Origin: the human T2T-CHM13v2.0 reference genome, Homo sapiens
DNA length: 64,000 nucleotides
Assembly: GCF_009914755.1 (NCBI RefSeq)
Contig: NC_060927.1
Reading direction: 5' to 3' (one strand)
Shown here: positions 15,701 through 32,700 of the stretch, piece by piece
How positions within the stretch are numbered: position 1 is the stretch's first letter
Layout: every line of letters begins with the position of its first letter
The notes under the pieces: generated by a model
The model's input: the letters and a program-made list of their open reading frames with translations, nothing else
Databases searched by the model: none
Told to the model about the DNA's origin: nothing
Position numbers and translations under genes: made by a program

Positions 15701-18700
15701 TATATTTTATTCTGTACATAAAATATCAAAGAACACCAGATATATATTCTATAGTGTACATAAAATATCAAAGTACCCAAACTATACATTATATACTGTA
15801 CATAAAATATGAAATTACCTCAAATATATATTATATTAGGTACATAAAATATGAAAGTACATCAAATATAGATTATATACTGTAAATATAATATCAATGT
15901 ACCCCAAATATATATTTTATACTGTACATGAAATATCAAAGTTCACAAACCATATATTATATACTGTACATAAAATATCAAAGTACCCAAGGTATATATT
16001 CTATACTGTACAAAAAATATCAAAGTACCCAAAGCATGTATTATATACTGTACATAAAATATGGAAGTATATCAAATATATATTTTATTCTGTACATAAA
16101 ATATCAAAGTACACCAGATATATATTCTATAGCGTACATAAAATATCAAAGTACACAAACTATACATTATATACTGTACATAAAATATGAAATTACATCA
16201 AATATATATTATATTAGGTACATAAAATATGAAAGTACATCAAATATAGATTATATACTGTACATATAATATCAATGTACCCCAAATATATATTTTATAC
16301 TCTACATGAAATATCAAAGTTCACAAACCATATATTATATACTGTACATAAAATATCAAAGTACCCAAGGTATATATTCTATACTGTACAAAAAATATCA
16401 AAGTACCCAAAGCATGTATTATATACTGTACATAAAATATGAAAGTACATCAAATATATATTTTATTCTGTACATAAAGTATCAAAGTACACCAGATATA
16501 TATTCTATAGTGTACATAAAATATCAAAGTACCCAAACTATACATTATATACTGTACATAAAATATGAAATTACATCAAATATATATTATATTAGGTAAA
16601 TGAAATATGAAAGTACATCAAATATAGATTATATACTGTACATAAAATATGAAAGTACCCCAAATATATATTATATACTCTACATGAAATATCAAAGTTC
16701 ACAAACTATATATTATATACTGTACATAAAATATCAAAGTACCCAAGGTATATATTCTATACTGTACAAAAAATATCAAAGTATCCAAAGCATGTATTAT
16801 ATACTGTATATAAAATATGAAAGTACATCAAATATATATTTTATTCTGTACATAAAATATCAAAGTACACCAGATATATATTCTATAGTGTACATAAAAT
16901 ATCAAAGTACCCAAACTATACATTATATACTGTACATAAAATATGAAATTACAGCAAATATATATTATATTAGGTACATAAAATATGAAAGTACATCAAA
17001 TATAGATTATATACTCTACATTAAATACCAAAGTACCCCAAATATATATTTTATACTGTACATGAAATATCAAAGTTCACAAACTATATATTATATACTG
17101 TACATAAAATATCAATGTACCCAAGGTATATATTCTATACTGCACAAAAAATATCAAAGTACCCAAAGCATGTATTATATACTGTATATAAAATATGAAA
17201 GTACATCAAATATATATTTTATTGTGTACATAAAATATCAAAGTACACCAGATATATATTCTATAGTGTACATAAAATATCAAAGTACCCAAACTATACA
17301 TTATATACTGTACATAAAATATGAAATTACATCAAATATATATTATATTAGGTACATAAAATACGAAAGTACATCAAATATAGATTATATACTGTACATA
17401 AAATATGAAAGTACCCCAATATATATTATATACTCTACATGAAATATCAAAGTTCACAAACTATATATTATGTACTGTACATAAAATATCAAACTACCCA
17501 AGGTATATATTCTATACTGTACAAAAAATATCAAAGTACCCAAAGCATGTATTATATAATGTACATAAAATATGAAAGTACATCAAATATATATTTTATT
17601 CTGTACATAAAATATCAAAGAACACCAGATATATATTCTATAGTGTACATAAAATATCAAAGTACCCAAACTATACATTATATACTGTACATAAAATATG
17701 AAATTACAGCAAATATATATTATATTAGGTACATAAAATATGAAAGTACATCAAATATAGATTATATACTGTACATTAAATACCAAAGTACCCCAAATAT
17801 ATATTTTATACTGTACATGAAATATCAAAGTTCACAAACTATATATTATATACTGTACATAAAATATCAATGTACCCAAGGTATATATTCTATACTGCAC
17901 AAAAAATATCAAAGTACCCAAAGCATGTATTATATACTGTATATAAAATATGAAAGTACATCAAATATATATTTTATTCTGTACATAAAATATCAAAGTA
18001 CACCAGATATATATTCTATAGTGTACATAAAATAACAAAGTACACAAACTATAAATTATATCCTGTACATAAAATATGAAATTACATCAAATATATATTA
18101 GGTACATAAAATATGAAAGTACATCAAATATAGATTATATACTGTACATTAAGTACCAAAGTACACCAAATATATATTTTATTCTGTACATAAAATATCA
18201 AAGTACACCAGATATATATTCTATAGTGTACATAAAATATCAAAGTACCCAAACTATACATTATATACTGTACATAAAATATGAAATTACATCAAATATA
18301 TATTATATTAGGTAAATGAAATATGAAAGTACATCAAATATAGATTATATACTGTACATGAAATATGAAAGTACCCCAAATATATATTATATACTCTACA
18401 TGAAATATCAAAGTTCACAAACTATATATTATATACTGTACATAAAATATCAAAGTACCCAAGGTATATATTCTATACTGTACAAAAAATATCAAAGTAT
18501 CCAAAGCATGTATTATATACTGTATATAAAATATGAAAGTACATCAAATATATATTTTATTCTGTACATAAAATATCAAAGTACACCAGATATATATTCT
18601 ATAGTGTACATAAAATATCAAAGTACCCAAACTATACATTATATACTGTACATAAAATATGAAATTACAGCAAATATATATTATATTAGGTACATAAAAT

Positions 18701-19530
18701 ATGAAAGTACATCAAATATAGATTATATACTCTACATTAAATACCAAAGTACCCCAAATATATATTTTATACTGTACATGAAATATCAAAGTTCACAAAC
18801 TATATATTATATACTGTACATAAAATATCAATGTACCCAAGGTATATATTCTATACTGCACAAAAAATATCAAAGTACCCAAAGCATGTATTATATACTG
18901 TATATAAAATATGAAAGTACATCAAATATATATTTTATTCTGTACATAAAATATCAAAGTACACCAGATATATATTCTATAGTGTACATAAAATATCAAA
19001 GTACCCAAACTATACATTATATACTGTACATAAAATATGAAATTACATCAAATATATATTATATTAGGTACATAAAATACGAAAGTACATCAAATATAGA
19101 TTATATACTGTACATAAAATATGAAAGTACCCCAATATATATTATATACTCTACATGAAATATCAAAGTTCACAAACTATATATTATGTACTGTACATAA
19201 AATATCAAACTACCCAAGGTATATATTCTATACTGTACAAAAAATATCAAAGTACCCAAAGCATGTATTATATAATGTACATAAAATATCAAAGTACATC
19301 AAATATATATTTTATTCTGTACATAAAATATCAAAGAACACCAGATATATATTCTATAGTGTACATAAAATATCAAAGTACCCAAACTATACATTATATA
19401 CTGTACATAAAATATGAAATTACATCAAATATATATTATATTAGGTACATAAAATATGAAAGTACATCAAATATAGATTATATACTGTAAATATAATATC
19501 AATGTACCCCAAATATATATTTTATACTCT
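3793..19530 (+). repeat. About 6444-bp near-tandem super-repeat (154 monomers), about 2.4 copies
   Basis: Constant ORF offsets of 6444: 3711/10155, 4550/10994, 5187/11631, 6232/12676, 8405/14849, 9106/15550. Offsets of 6445: 10155/16600, 11631/18076, 12676/19121. Shared rare variants include TCACAATCTA, TATGTAATG and ATAAAACATG. Confidence 0.9.
6642..8360 (+). repeat. 751-bp (378+373, 18-mer) dimer repeat; also at 13086-14800, 19909-21630 and 46478-48200
   Basis: Unit starts at 6644/7395/8146, 13088/13839/14590, 19911/20662/21413 and 46480/47231/47982. The 373-bp member carries CTGTCCATA, CTATACCTA, ATACACTGCAC and the 5-bp deletion. Confidence 0.9.
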
Positions 19531-22500
19531 ACATGAAATATCAAAGTTCACAAACCATATATTATATACTGTACATAAAATATCAAAGTACCCAAGGTAT
19601 ATATTCTATACCGTACAAAAAATATCAAAGTACCCAAAGCATGTATTATATACTGTACATAAAATATGAAAGTACATCAAATATATATTTTATTCTGTAC
19701 ATAAAATATCAAAGAACACCAGATATATATTCTATAGTGTACATAAAATATCAAAGTACCCAAACTATACATTATATACTGTACATAAAATATGAAATTA
19801 CATCAAATATATATTATATTAGGTACATAAAATATGAAAGTACATCAAATATAGATTATATACTGTAAATATAATATCAATGTACCCCAAATATATATTT
19901 TATACTCTACATGAAATATCAAAGTTCACAAACCATATATTATATACTGTACATAAAATATCAAAGTACCCAAGGTATATATTCTATACCGTACAAAAAA
20001 TATCAAAGTACCCAAAGCATGTATTATATACTGTACATAAAATATGAAAGTACATCAAATATATATTTTATTCTGTACATAAAATATCAAAGTACACCAG
20101 ATATATATTCTATAGTGTACATAAAATATCAAAGTACCCAAACTATACATTATATACTGTACATAAAATATGAAATTACATCAAATATATATTATATTAG
20201 GTAAATGAAATATGAAAGTACATCAAATATAGATTATATACTGTACATAAAATATGAAAGTACCCCAAATATATATTATATACTCTACATGAAATATCAA
20301 AGTTCACAAACTATATATTATATACTGTCCATAAAATATCAAAGTACCCAAGGTATATATTTTATACTGTACAAAAAATATCAAAGTACCCAAAGCATGT
20401 ATTATATACTATACCTAAAATATGAAAGTACATCAAATATATATTTTATTCTGTACATAAAATATCAAAGTACACCAGATATATATACTATAGTGTACAT
20501 AAAATATCAAAGTACCCAAACTATACATTATACACTGCACATAAAATATGAAATTACATCAAATATATATTAGGTACATAAAATATGAAAGTACATCAAA
20601 TATAGATTATATACTGTAAATATAATATCAATGTACCCCAAATATATATTTTATACTCTACATGAAATATCAAAGTTCACAAACCATATATTATATACTG
20701 TACATAAAATATCAAAGTACCCAAGGTATATATTCTATACTGTACAAAAAATATCAAAGTACCCAAAGCATGTATTATATACTGTACATAAAATATGAAA
20801 GTACATCAAATATATATTTTATTCTGTACATAAAATATCAAAGTACACCAGATATATATTCTATAGTGTACATAAAATATCAAAGTACCCAAACTATACA
20901 TTATATACTGTACATAAAATATGAAATTACATCAAATATATATTATATTAGGTAAATGAAATATGAAAGTACATCAAATATAGATTATATACTGTACATA
21001 AAATATGAAAGTACCCCAAATATATATTATATACTCTACATGAAATATCAAAGTTCACAAACTATATATTATATACTGTCCATAAAATATCAAAGTACCC
21101 AAGGTATATATTTTATACTGTACAAAAAATATCAAAGTACCCAAAGCATGTATTATATACTATACCTAAAATATGAAAGTACATCAAATATATATTTTAT
21201 TCTGTACATAAAATATCAAAGTACACCAGATATATATACTATAGTGTACATAAAATATCAAAGTACCCAAACTATACATTATACACTGCACATAAAATAT
21301 GAAATTACATCAAATATATATTAGGTACATAAAATATGAAAGTACATCAAATATAGATTATATACTGTAAATATAATATCAATGTACCCCAAATATATAT
21401 TTTATACTCTACATGAAATATCAAAGTTCACAAACCATATATTATATACTGTACATAAAATATCAAAGTACCCAAGGTATATATTCTATACTGTACAAAA
21501 AATATCAAAGTACCCAAAGCATGTATTATATACTGTACATAAAATATGAAAGTACATCAAATATATATTTTATTCTGTACATAAAATATCAAAGTACACC
21601 AGATATATATTCTATAGTGTACATAAAATAACAAAGTACACAAACTATAAATTATATCCTGTACATAAAATATGAAATTACATCAAATATATATTAGGTA
21701 CATAAAATATGAAAGTACATCAAATATAGATTATATACTGTACATTAAGTGCCAAAGTACACCAAATATATATTTTATTCTGTACATAAAATATCAAAGT
21801 ACACCAGATATATATTCTATAGTGTACATAAAATATCAAAGTACCCAAACTATACATTATATACTGTACATAAAATATGAAATTACAGCAAATATATATT
21901 ATATTAGGTACATAAAATATGAAAGTACATCAAATATAGATTATATACTCTACATTAAATACCAAAGTACCCCAAATATATATTTTATACTGTACATGAA
22001 ATATCAAAGTTCACAAACTATATATTATATACTGTACATAAAATATCAATGTACCCAAGGTATATATTCTATACTGCACAAAAAATATCAAAGTACCCAA
22101 AGCATGTATTATATACTGTATATAAAATATGAAAGTACATCAAATATATATTTTATTCTGTACATAAAATATCAAAGTACACCAGATATATATTCTATAG
22201 TGTACATAAAATATCAAAGTACCCAAACTATACATTATATACTGTACATAAAATATGAAATTACATCAAATATATATTATATTAGGTACATAAAATACGA
22301 AAGTACATCAAATATAGATTATATACTGTACATAAAATATGAAAGTACCCCAATATATATTATATACTCTACATGAAATATCAAAGTTCACAAACTATAT
22401 ATTATGTACTGTACATAAAATATCAAACTACCCAAGGTATATATTCTATACTGTACAAAAAATATCAAAGTACCCAAAGCATGTATTATATAATGTACAT

Positions 22501-25500
22501 AAAATATGAAAGTACATCAAATATATATTTTATTCTGTACATAAAATATCAAAGAACACCAGATATATATTCTATAGTGTACATAAAATATCAAAGTACC
22601 CAAACTATACATTATATACTGTACATAAAATATGAAATTACCTCAAATATATATTATATTAGGTACATAAAATATGAAAGTACATCAAATATAGATTATA
22701 TACTGTAAATATAATATCAATGTACCCCAAATATATATTTTATACTCTACATGAAATATCAAAGTTCACAAACCATATATTATATACTGTACATAAAATA
22801 TCAAAGTACCCAAGGTATATATTCTATACTGTACAAAAAATATCAAAGTACCCAAAGCATGTATTATATACTGTACATAAAATATGAAAGTACATCAAAT
22901 ATATATTTTATTCTGTACATAAAATATCAAAGTACACCAGATATATATTCTATAGTGTACATAAAATATCAAAGTACCCAAACTATACATTATATACTGT
23001 ACATAAAATATGAAATTACATCAAATATATATTATATTAGGTACATAAAATATGAAAGTACATCAAATATAGATTATATACTGTAAATATAATATCAATG
23101 TACCCCAAATATATATTTTATACTCTACATGAAATATCAAAGTTCACAAACCATATATTATATACTGTACATAAAATATCAAAGTACCCAAGGTATATAT
23201 TCTATACTGTACAAAAAATATCAAAGTACCCAAAGCATGTATTATATACTATACCTAAAATATGAAAGTACATCAAATATATATTTTATTCTGTACATAA
23301 AATATCAAAGTACACCAGATATATATTCTACAGTGTACATAAAATATCAAAGTACCCAAACTATACATTATATACTGTACATAAAATATGAAATTACATC
23401 AAATATATATTATATTAGGTACATAAAATACGAAAGTACATCAAATATAGATTATATACTGTACATAAAATATCAAAGTACCCCAATATATATTATATAC
23501 TGTACATGAAATATCAAAGTTCACAAACTATATATTATGTACTGTACATAAAATATCAAAGTACCCAAGGTATATATTCTATACTGTACAAAAAATATCA
23601 AAGTACCCAAAGCATGTATTATATAATGTACATAAAATATGAAAGTACATCAAATATATATTTTATTCTGTACATAAAATATCAAAGTACACCAGATATA
23701 TATTCTATAGCGTACATAAAATATCAAAGTACACAAACTATACATTATATACTGTACATAAAATATGAAATTACATCAAATATATATTATATTAGGTAAA
23801 TGAAATATGAAAGTACATCAAATATAGATTATATACTGTACATAAAATATGAAAGTACCCCAAATATATATTATATACTCTACATGAAATATCAAAGTTC
23901 ACAAACTATATATTATATACTGTACATAAAATATCAAAGTACCCAAGGTATATATTCTATACTGTACAAAAAATATCAAAGTATCCAAAGCATGTATTAT
24001 ATACTGTATATAAAATATGAAAGTACATCAAATATATATTTTATTCTGTACATAAAATATCAAAGTACACCAGATATATATTCTATAGCGTACATAAAAT
24101 ATCAAAGTACACAAACTGTACATTATATACTGTACATAAAATATGAAATTACATCAAATATATATTATATTAGGTACATAAAATATGAAAGTACATCAAA
24201 TATAGATTATATACTGTAAATATAATATCAATGTACCCGAAATATATATTTTATTCTCTACATGAAATATCAAAGTTCACAAACCATATATTATATACTG
24301 TACATAAAATATCAAAGTACCCAAGGTATATATTCTAAACTGTACAAAAAATATCAAAGTACCCAAAGCATGTATTATATACTGTATATATAAAATATGA
24401 AAGTACATCAAATATATATTTTATTCTGTACATAAAATATCAAAGTACACCAGATATATATTCTATAGTGTACATAAAATATCAAAGTACCCAAACTATA
24501 CATTATATACTGTACATAAAATATGAAATTACATCAAATATATATTATATTAGGTAAATGAAATATGAAAGTACATCAAATATAGATTATATACTGTACA
24601 TAAAATATGAAAGTACCCCAAATATATATCATATACTCTACATGAAATATCAAAGTTCACAAACTATATATTATATACTGTACATAAAATATCAAAGTAC
24701 CCAAGGTATATATTCTATACTGTACAAAAAATATCAAAGTATCCAAAGCATGTATTATATACTGTATATAAAATATGAAAGTACATCAAATATATATTTT
24801 ATTCTGTACATAAAATATCAAAGTACACCAGATATATATTCTATAGTGTACATAAAATATCAAAGTACCCAAACTATACATTATATACTGTACATAAAAT
24901 ATGAAATTACAGCAAATATATATTATATTAGGTACATAAAATATGAAAGTACATCAAATATAGATTATATACTCTACATTAAATACCAAAGTACCCCAAA
25001 TATATATTTTATACTGTACATGAAATATCAAAGTTCACAAACTATATATTATATACTGTACATAAAATATCAATGTACCCAAGGTATATATTCTATACTG
25101 CACAAAAAATATCAAAGTACCCAAAGCATGTATTATATACTGTATATAAAATATGAAAGTACATCAAATATATATTTTATTCTGTACATAAAATATCAAA
25201 GTACACCAGATATATATTCTATAGTGTACATAAAATATCAAAGTACCCAAACTATACATTATATACTGTACATAAAATATGAAATTACATCAAATATATA
25301 TTATATTAGGTACATTAAATACGAAAGTACATCAAATATAGATTATATACTGTACATAAAATATGAAAGTACCCCAATATATATTATATACTCTACATGA
25401 AATATCAAAGTTCACAAACTATATATTATGTACTGTACATAAAATATCAAACTACCCAAGGTATATATTCTATACTGTACAAAAAATATCAAAGTACCCA

Positions 25501-26733
25501 AAGCATGTATTATATAATGTACATAAAATATGAAAGTACATCAAATATATATTTTATTCTGTACATAAAATATCAAAGAACACCAGATATATATTCTATA
25601 GTGTACATAAAATATCAAAGTACCCAAACTATACATTATATACTGTACATAAAATATGAAATTACAGCAAATATATATTATATTAGGTACATAAAATATG
25701 AAAGTACATCAAATATAGATTATATACTGTACATTAAATACCAAAGTACCCCAAATATATATTTTATACTGTACATGAAATATCAAAGTTCACAAACTAT
25801 ATATTATATACTGTACATAAAATATCAATGTACCCAAGGTATATATTCTATACTGCACAAAAAATATCAAAATACCCAAAGCATGTATTATATACTGTAT
25901 GTAAAATATGAAAGTACATCAAATATATATTTTATTCTGTACATAAAATATCAAAGTACACCAGATATATATTCTATAGTGTACATAAAATAACAAAGTA
26001 CACAAACTATAAATTATATCCTGTACATAAAATATGAAATTACATCAAATATATATTAGGTACATAAAATATGAAAGTACATCAAATATAGATTATATAC
26101 TGTACATTAAGTACCAAAGTACACCAAATATATATTTTATTCTGTACATAAAATATCAAAGTACACCAGATATATATTCTATAGTGTACATAAAATATCA
26201 AAGTACCCAAACTATACATTATATACTGTACATAAAATATGAAATTACATCAAATATATATTATATTAGGTAAATGAAATATGAAAGTACATCAAATATA
26301 GATTATATACTGTACATAAAATATGAAAGTACCCCAAATATATATTATATACTCTACATGAAATATCAAAGTTCACAAACTATATATTATATACTGTACA
26401 TAAAATATCAAAGTACCCAAGGTATATATTCTATACTGTACAAAAAATATCAAAGTATCCAAAGCATGTATTATATACTGTATATAAAATATGAAAGTAC
26501 ATCAAATATATATTTTATTCTGTACATAAAATATCAAAGTACACCAGATATATATTCTATAGTGTACATAAAATATCAAAGTACCCAAACTATACATTAT
26601 ATACTGTACATAAAATATGAAATTACATCAAATATATATTATATTAGGTAAATGAAATATGAAAGTACATCAAATATAGATTATATACTGTACATAAAAT
26701 ATGAAAGTACCCCAAATATATATTATATACTCT

Positions 26734-29700
26734 ACATGAAATATCAAAGTTCACAAACTATATATTATATACTGTCCATAAAATATCAAAGTACCCAAGG
26801 TATATATTTTATACTGTACAAAAAATATCAAAGTACCCAAAGCATGTATTATATACTATACCTAAAATATGAAAGTACATCAAATATATATTTTATTCTC
26901 TACATAAAATATCAAAGTACACCAGATATATATTCTACAGTGTATATAAAATATCAAAGTACCCAAACTATACATTATATACTGTACATAAAATATGAAA
27001 TTACATCAAATATATATTATATTAGGTACATAAAATATGAAAGTACATGAAGTATAGATTATATACTGTACATAAAATATCAAAGTACCCCAAATTTATA
27101 TTATATACTATACATGAAATATCAAAGTTCACAAACTATATATTATATACTGTACATAAAATATCAAAGTACCCAAGGTATATATTCTATAGTGTACAAA
27201 AAATATCAAAGTACCCAAAGCATGTATTATATACCGTACGTAAAATATAAAATTACATCAAATATATATTTTATTCTGTACATAAAATATCAAAGTACAC
27301 CAGATATATATACTATAGTGTACATAAAATATCAAAGTACCCAAACTATACATTATACACTGCACATAAAATATGAAATTACATCAAATATATATTAGGT
27401 ACATAAAATATGAAAGTACATCAAATATAGATTATATACTGTAAATATAATATCAATGTACCCCAAATATATATTTTATACTCTACATGAAATATCAAAG
27501 TTCACAAACCATATATTATATACTGTACATAAAATATCAAAGTACCCAAGGTATATATTCTATACTGTACAAAAAATATCAAAGTACCCAATGCATGTAT
27601 TATATACTGTACATAAAATATGAAAGTACATCAAATATATATTTTATTCTGTACATAAAATATCAAAGTACACCAGATATATATTCTATAGTGTACATAA
27701 AATAACAAAGTACACAAACTATAAATTATATCCTGTACATAAAATATGAAATTACATCAAATATATATTAGGTACATAAAATATGAAAGTACATCAAATA
27801 TAGATTATATACTGTACATTAAGTACCAAAGTACACCAAATATATATTTTATTCTGTACATAAAATATCAAAGTACACCAGATATATATTCTATAGTGTA
27901 CATAAAATATCAAAGTACCCAAACTATACATTATATACTGTACATAAAATATGAAATTACAGCAAATATATATTATATTAGGTACATAAAATATGAAAGT
28001 ACATCAGATATAGATTATATACTCTACATTAAATACCAAAGTACCCCAAATATATATTTTATACTGTACATGAAATATCAAAGTTCACAAACTATATATT
28101 ATATACTGTACATAAAATATCAATGTACCCAAGGTATATATTCTATACTGCACAAAAAATATCAAAGTACCCAAAGCATGTATTATATACTGTATATAAA
28201 ATATGAAAGTACATCAAATATATATTTTATTCTGTACATAAAATATCAAAGTACACCAGATATATATTCTATAGTGTACATAAAATATCAAAGTACCCAA
28301 ACTATACATTATATACTGTACATAAAATATGAAATTACATCAAATATATATTATATTAGGTACATAAAATACGAAAGTACATCAAATATAGATTATATAC
28401 TGTACATAAAATATGAAAGTACCCCAATATATATTATATACTCTACATGAAATATCAAAGTTCACAAACTATATATTATGTACTGTACATAAAATATCAA
28501 ACTACCCAAGGTATATATTCTATACTGTACAAAAAATATCAAAGTACCCAAAGCATGTATTATATAATGTACATAAAATATGAAAGTACATCAAATATAT
28601 ATTTTATTCTGTACATAAAATATCAAAGAACACCAGATATATATTCTATAGTGTACATAAAATATCAAAGTACCCAAACTATACATTATATACTGTACAT
28701 AAAATATGAAATTACAGCAAATATATATTATATTAGGTACATAAAATATGAAAGTACATCAAATATAGATTATATACTGTACATTAAATACCAAAGTACC
28801 CCAAATATATATTTTATACTGTACATGAAATATCAAAGTTCACAAACTATATATTATATACTGTACATAAAATATCAATGTACCCAAGGTATATATTCTA
28901 TACTGCACAAAAAATATCAAAGTACCCAAAGCATGTATTATATACTGTATATAAAATATGAAAGTACATCAAATATATATTTTATTCTGTACATAAAATA
29001 TCAAAGTACACCAGATATATATTCTATAGTGTACATAAAATATCAAAGTACCCAAACTATACATTATATACTGTACATAAAATATGAAATTACATGAAAT
29101 ATATATTATATTAGGTACATAAAATACGAAAGTACATCAAATATAGATTATATACTGTACATAAAATATCAAAGTACCCCAATATATATTATATACTGTA
29201 CATGAAATATCAAAGTTCACAAACTATATATTATGTACTGTACATAAAATATCAAAGTACCCAAGGTATATATTCTATACTGTACAAAAAATATCAAAGT
29301 ACCCAAAGCATGTATTATATAATGTACATAAAATATGAAAGTACATCAAATATATATTTTATTCTGTACATAAAATATCAAAGAACACCAGATATATATT
29401 CTATAGTGTACATAAAATATCAAAGTACCCAAACTATACATTATATACTGTACATAAAATATGAAATTACATCATATATATATTAGGTACATAAAATATG
29501 AAAGCACATCAAATATATATTTTATTCTGTACATAAAATATCAAAGTACACCAGATATATATTCTATAGTGTACATAAAATAACAAAGTACACAAACTAT
29601 AAATTATATACTGTACATAAAATATGAAATTACATCAAATATATATTAGGTACATAAAATATGAAAGTACATCAAATATAGATTATATACTGTACATATA

Positions 29701-32700
29701 ATATCAATGTACCCGAAATATATATTTTATACTCTACATGAAATATCAAAGTTCACAAACCATATATTGTATACTGCACATAAAATATCAAAATACCCAA
29801 GGTATATATTCTATACTGTACAAAAAATATCAAAGTACCCAAAGCAGGTATTATATACTGTACATAAAATATGAAAGTACATCAAATATATATTTTATTC
29901 TGTACATAAAATATCAAAGTACACCAGATATATATTCTATAGCGTACATAAAATATCAAAGTACACAAACTATACATTATATACTGTACATAAAATATGA
30001 AATTACATCAAATATATATTATATTAGGTACATAAAACATGAAAGTACATCAAATATAGATTATATACTGTAAATATAATATCAATGTACCCCAAATATA
30101 TATTTTATACTCTACATGAAATATCAAAGTTCACAAACCATATATTATATACTGTACATAAAATATCAAAGTACCCAAGGTATATATTCTATACTGTACA
30201 AAAAATATCAAAGTACCCAAAGCATGTATTATATACTGTACATAAAATATGAAAGTACATCAAATATATATTTTATTCTGTACATAAAATATCAAAGTAC
30301 ACCAGATATATATTCTATAGTGTACATAAAATATCAAAGTACCCAAACTATACATTATACACTGTACATAAAATATGAAATTACATTAAATATATATTAT
30401 ATTAGGTAAATGAAATATGAAAGTACATCAAATATAGATTATATACTGTACATAAAATATGAAACTACCCCAAATATATATTATATACTCTACATGAAAT
30501 ATCAAAGTTCACAAACTATATATTATATACTGTCCATAAAATATCAAAGTACCCAAGGTATATATTTTATACTGTACAAAAAATATCAAAGTACCCAAAG
30601 CATGTATTATATACTATACCTAAAATATGAAAGTACATCAAATATATATGTTTTATTCTGTACATAAAATATCAAAGTACACCAGATATATATTCTACAG
30701 TGTATATAAAATATCAAAGTACCCAAACTATACATTATATACTGTACATAAAATATGAAATTACATCAAATATATATTATATTAGGTACATAAAATATGA
30801 AAGTACATGAAGTATAGATTATATACTGTACATAAAATATCAAAGTACCCCAAATTTATATTATATACTATACATGAAATATCAAAGTTCACAAACTATA
30901 TATTATATACTGTACATAAAATATCAAAGTACCCAAGGTATATATTCTATAGTGTACAAAAAATATCAAAGTACCCAAAGCATGTATTATATACCGTACG
31001 TAAAATATAAAATTACATCAAATATATATTTTATTCTGTACATAAAATATCAAAGTACACCAGATATATATACTATAGTGTACATAAAATATCAAAGTAC
31101 CCAAACTATACATTATACACTGCACATAAAATATGAAATTACATCAAATATATATTAGGTACATAAAATATGAAAGTACATCAAATATAGATTATATACT
31201 GTAAATATAATATCAATGTACCCCAAATATATATTTTATACTCTACATGAAATATCAAAGTTCACAAACCATATATTATATACTGTACATAAAATATCAA
31301 AGTACCCAAGGTATATATTCTATACTGTACAAAAAATATCAAAGTACCCAATGCATGTATTATATACTGTACATAAAATATGAAAGTACATCAAATATAT
31401 ATTTTATTCTGTACATAAAATATCAAAGTACACCAGATATATATTCTATAGTGTACATAAAATCACAAAGTACACAAACTATAAATTATATCCTGTACAT
31501 AAAATATGAAATTACATCAAATATATATTAGGTACATAAAATATGAAAGTACATCAAATATAGATTATATACTGTACATTAAGTACCAAAGTACACCAAA
31601 TATATATTTTATTCTGTACATAAAATATCAAAGTACACCAGATATATATTCTATAGTGTACATAAAATATCAAAGTACCCAAACTATACATTATATACTG
31701 TACATAAAATATGAAATTACAGCAAATATATATTATATTAGGTACATAAAATATGAAAGTACATCAAATATAGATTATATACTCTACATTAAATACCAAA
31801 GTACCCCAAATATATATTTTATACTGTACATGAAATATCAAAGTTCACAAACTATATATTATATACTGTACATAAAATATCAATGTACCCAAGGTATATA
31901 TTCTATACTGCACAAAAAATATCAAAGTACCCAAAGCATGTATTATATACTGTATATAAAATATGAAAGTACATCAAATATATATTTTATTCTGTACATA
32001 AAATATCAAAGTACACCAGATATATATTCTATAGTGTACATAAAATATCAAAGTACCCAAACTATACATTATATACTGTACATAAAATATGAAATTACAT
32101 CAAATATATATTATATTAGGTACATAAAATACGAAAGTACATCAAATATAGATTATATACTGTACATAAAATATGAAAGTACCCCAATATATATTATATA
32201 CTCTACATGAAATATCAAAGTTCACAAACTATATATCATGTACTGTACATAAAATATCAAACTACCCAAGGTATATATTCTATACTGTACAAAAAATATC
32301 AAAGTACCCAAAGCATGTATTATATAATGTACATAAAATATGAAAGTACATCAAATATATATTTTATTCTGTACATAAAATATCAAAGAACACCAGATAT
32401 ATATTCTATAGTGTACATAAAATATCAAAGTACCCAAACTATACATTATATACTGTACATAAAATATGAAATTACAGCAAATATATATTATATTAGGTAC
32501 ATAAAATATGAAAGTACATCAAATATAGATTATATACTGTACATTAAATACCAAAGTACCCCAAATATATATTTTATACTGTACATGAAATATCAAAGTT
32601 CACAAACTATATATTATATACTGTACATAAAATATCAATGTACCCAAGGTATATATTCTATACTGCACAAAAAATATCAAAGTACCCAAAGCATGTATTA

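Noticed and set aside
24381-24396. 2-bp TA expansion giving a 380-bp unit
   Set aside because: An isolated dinucleotide slippage or consensus error with no further significance.
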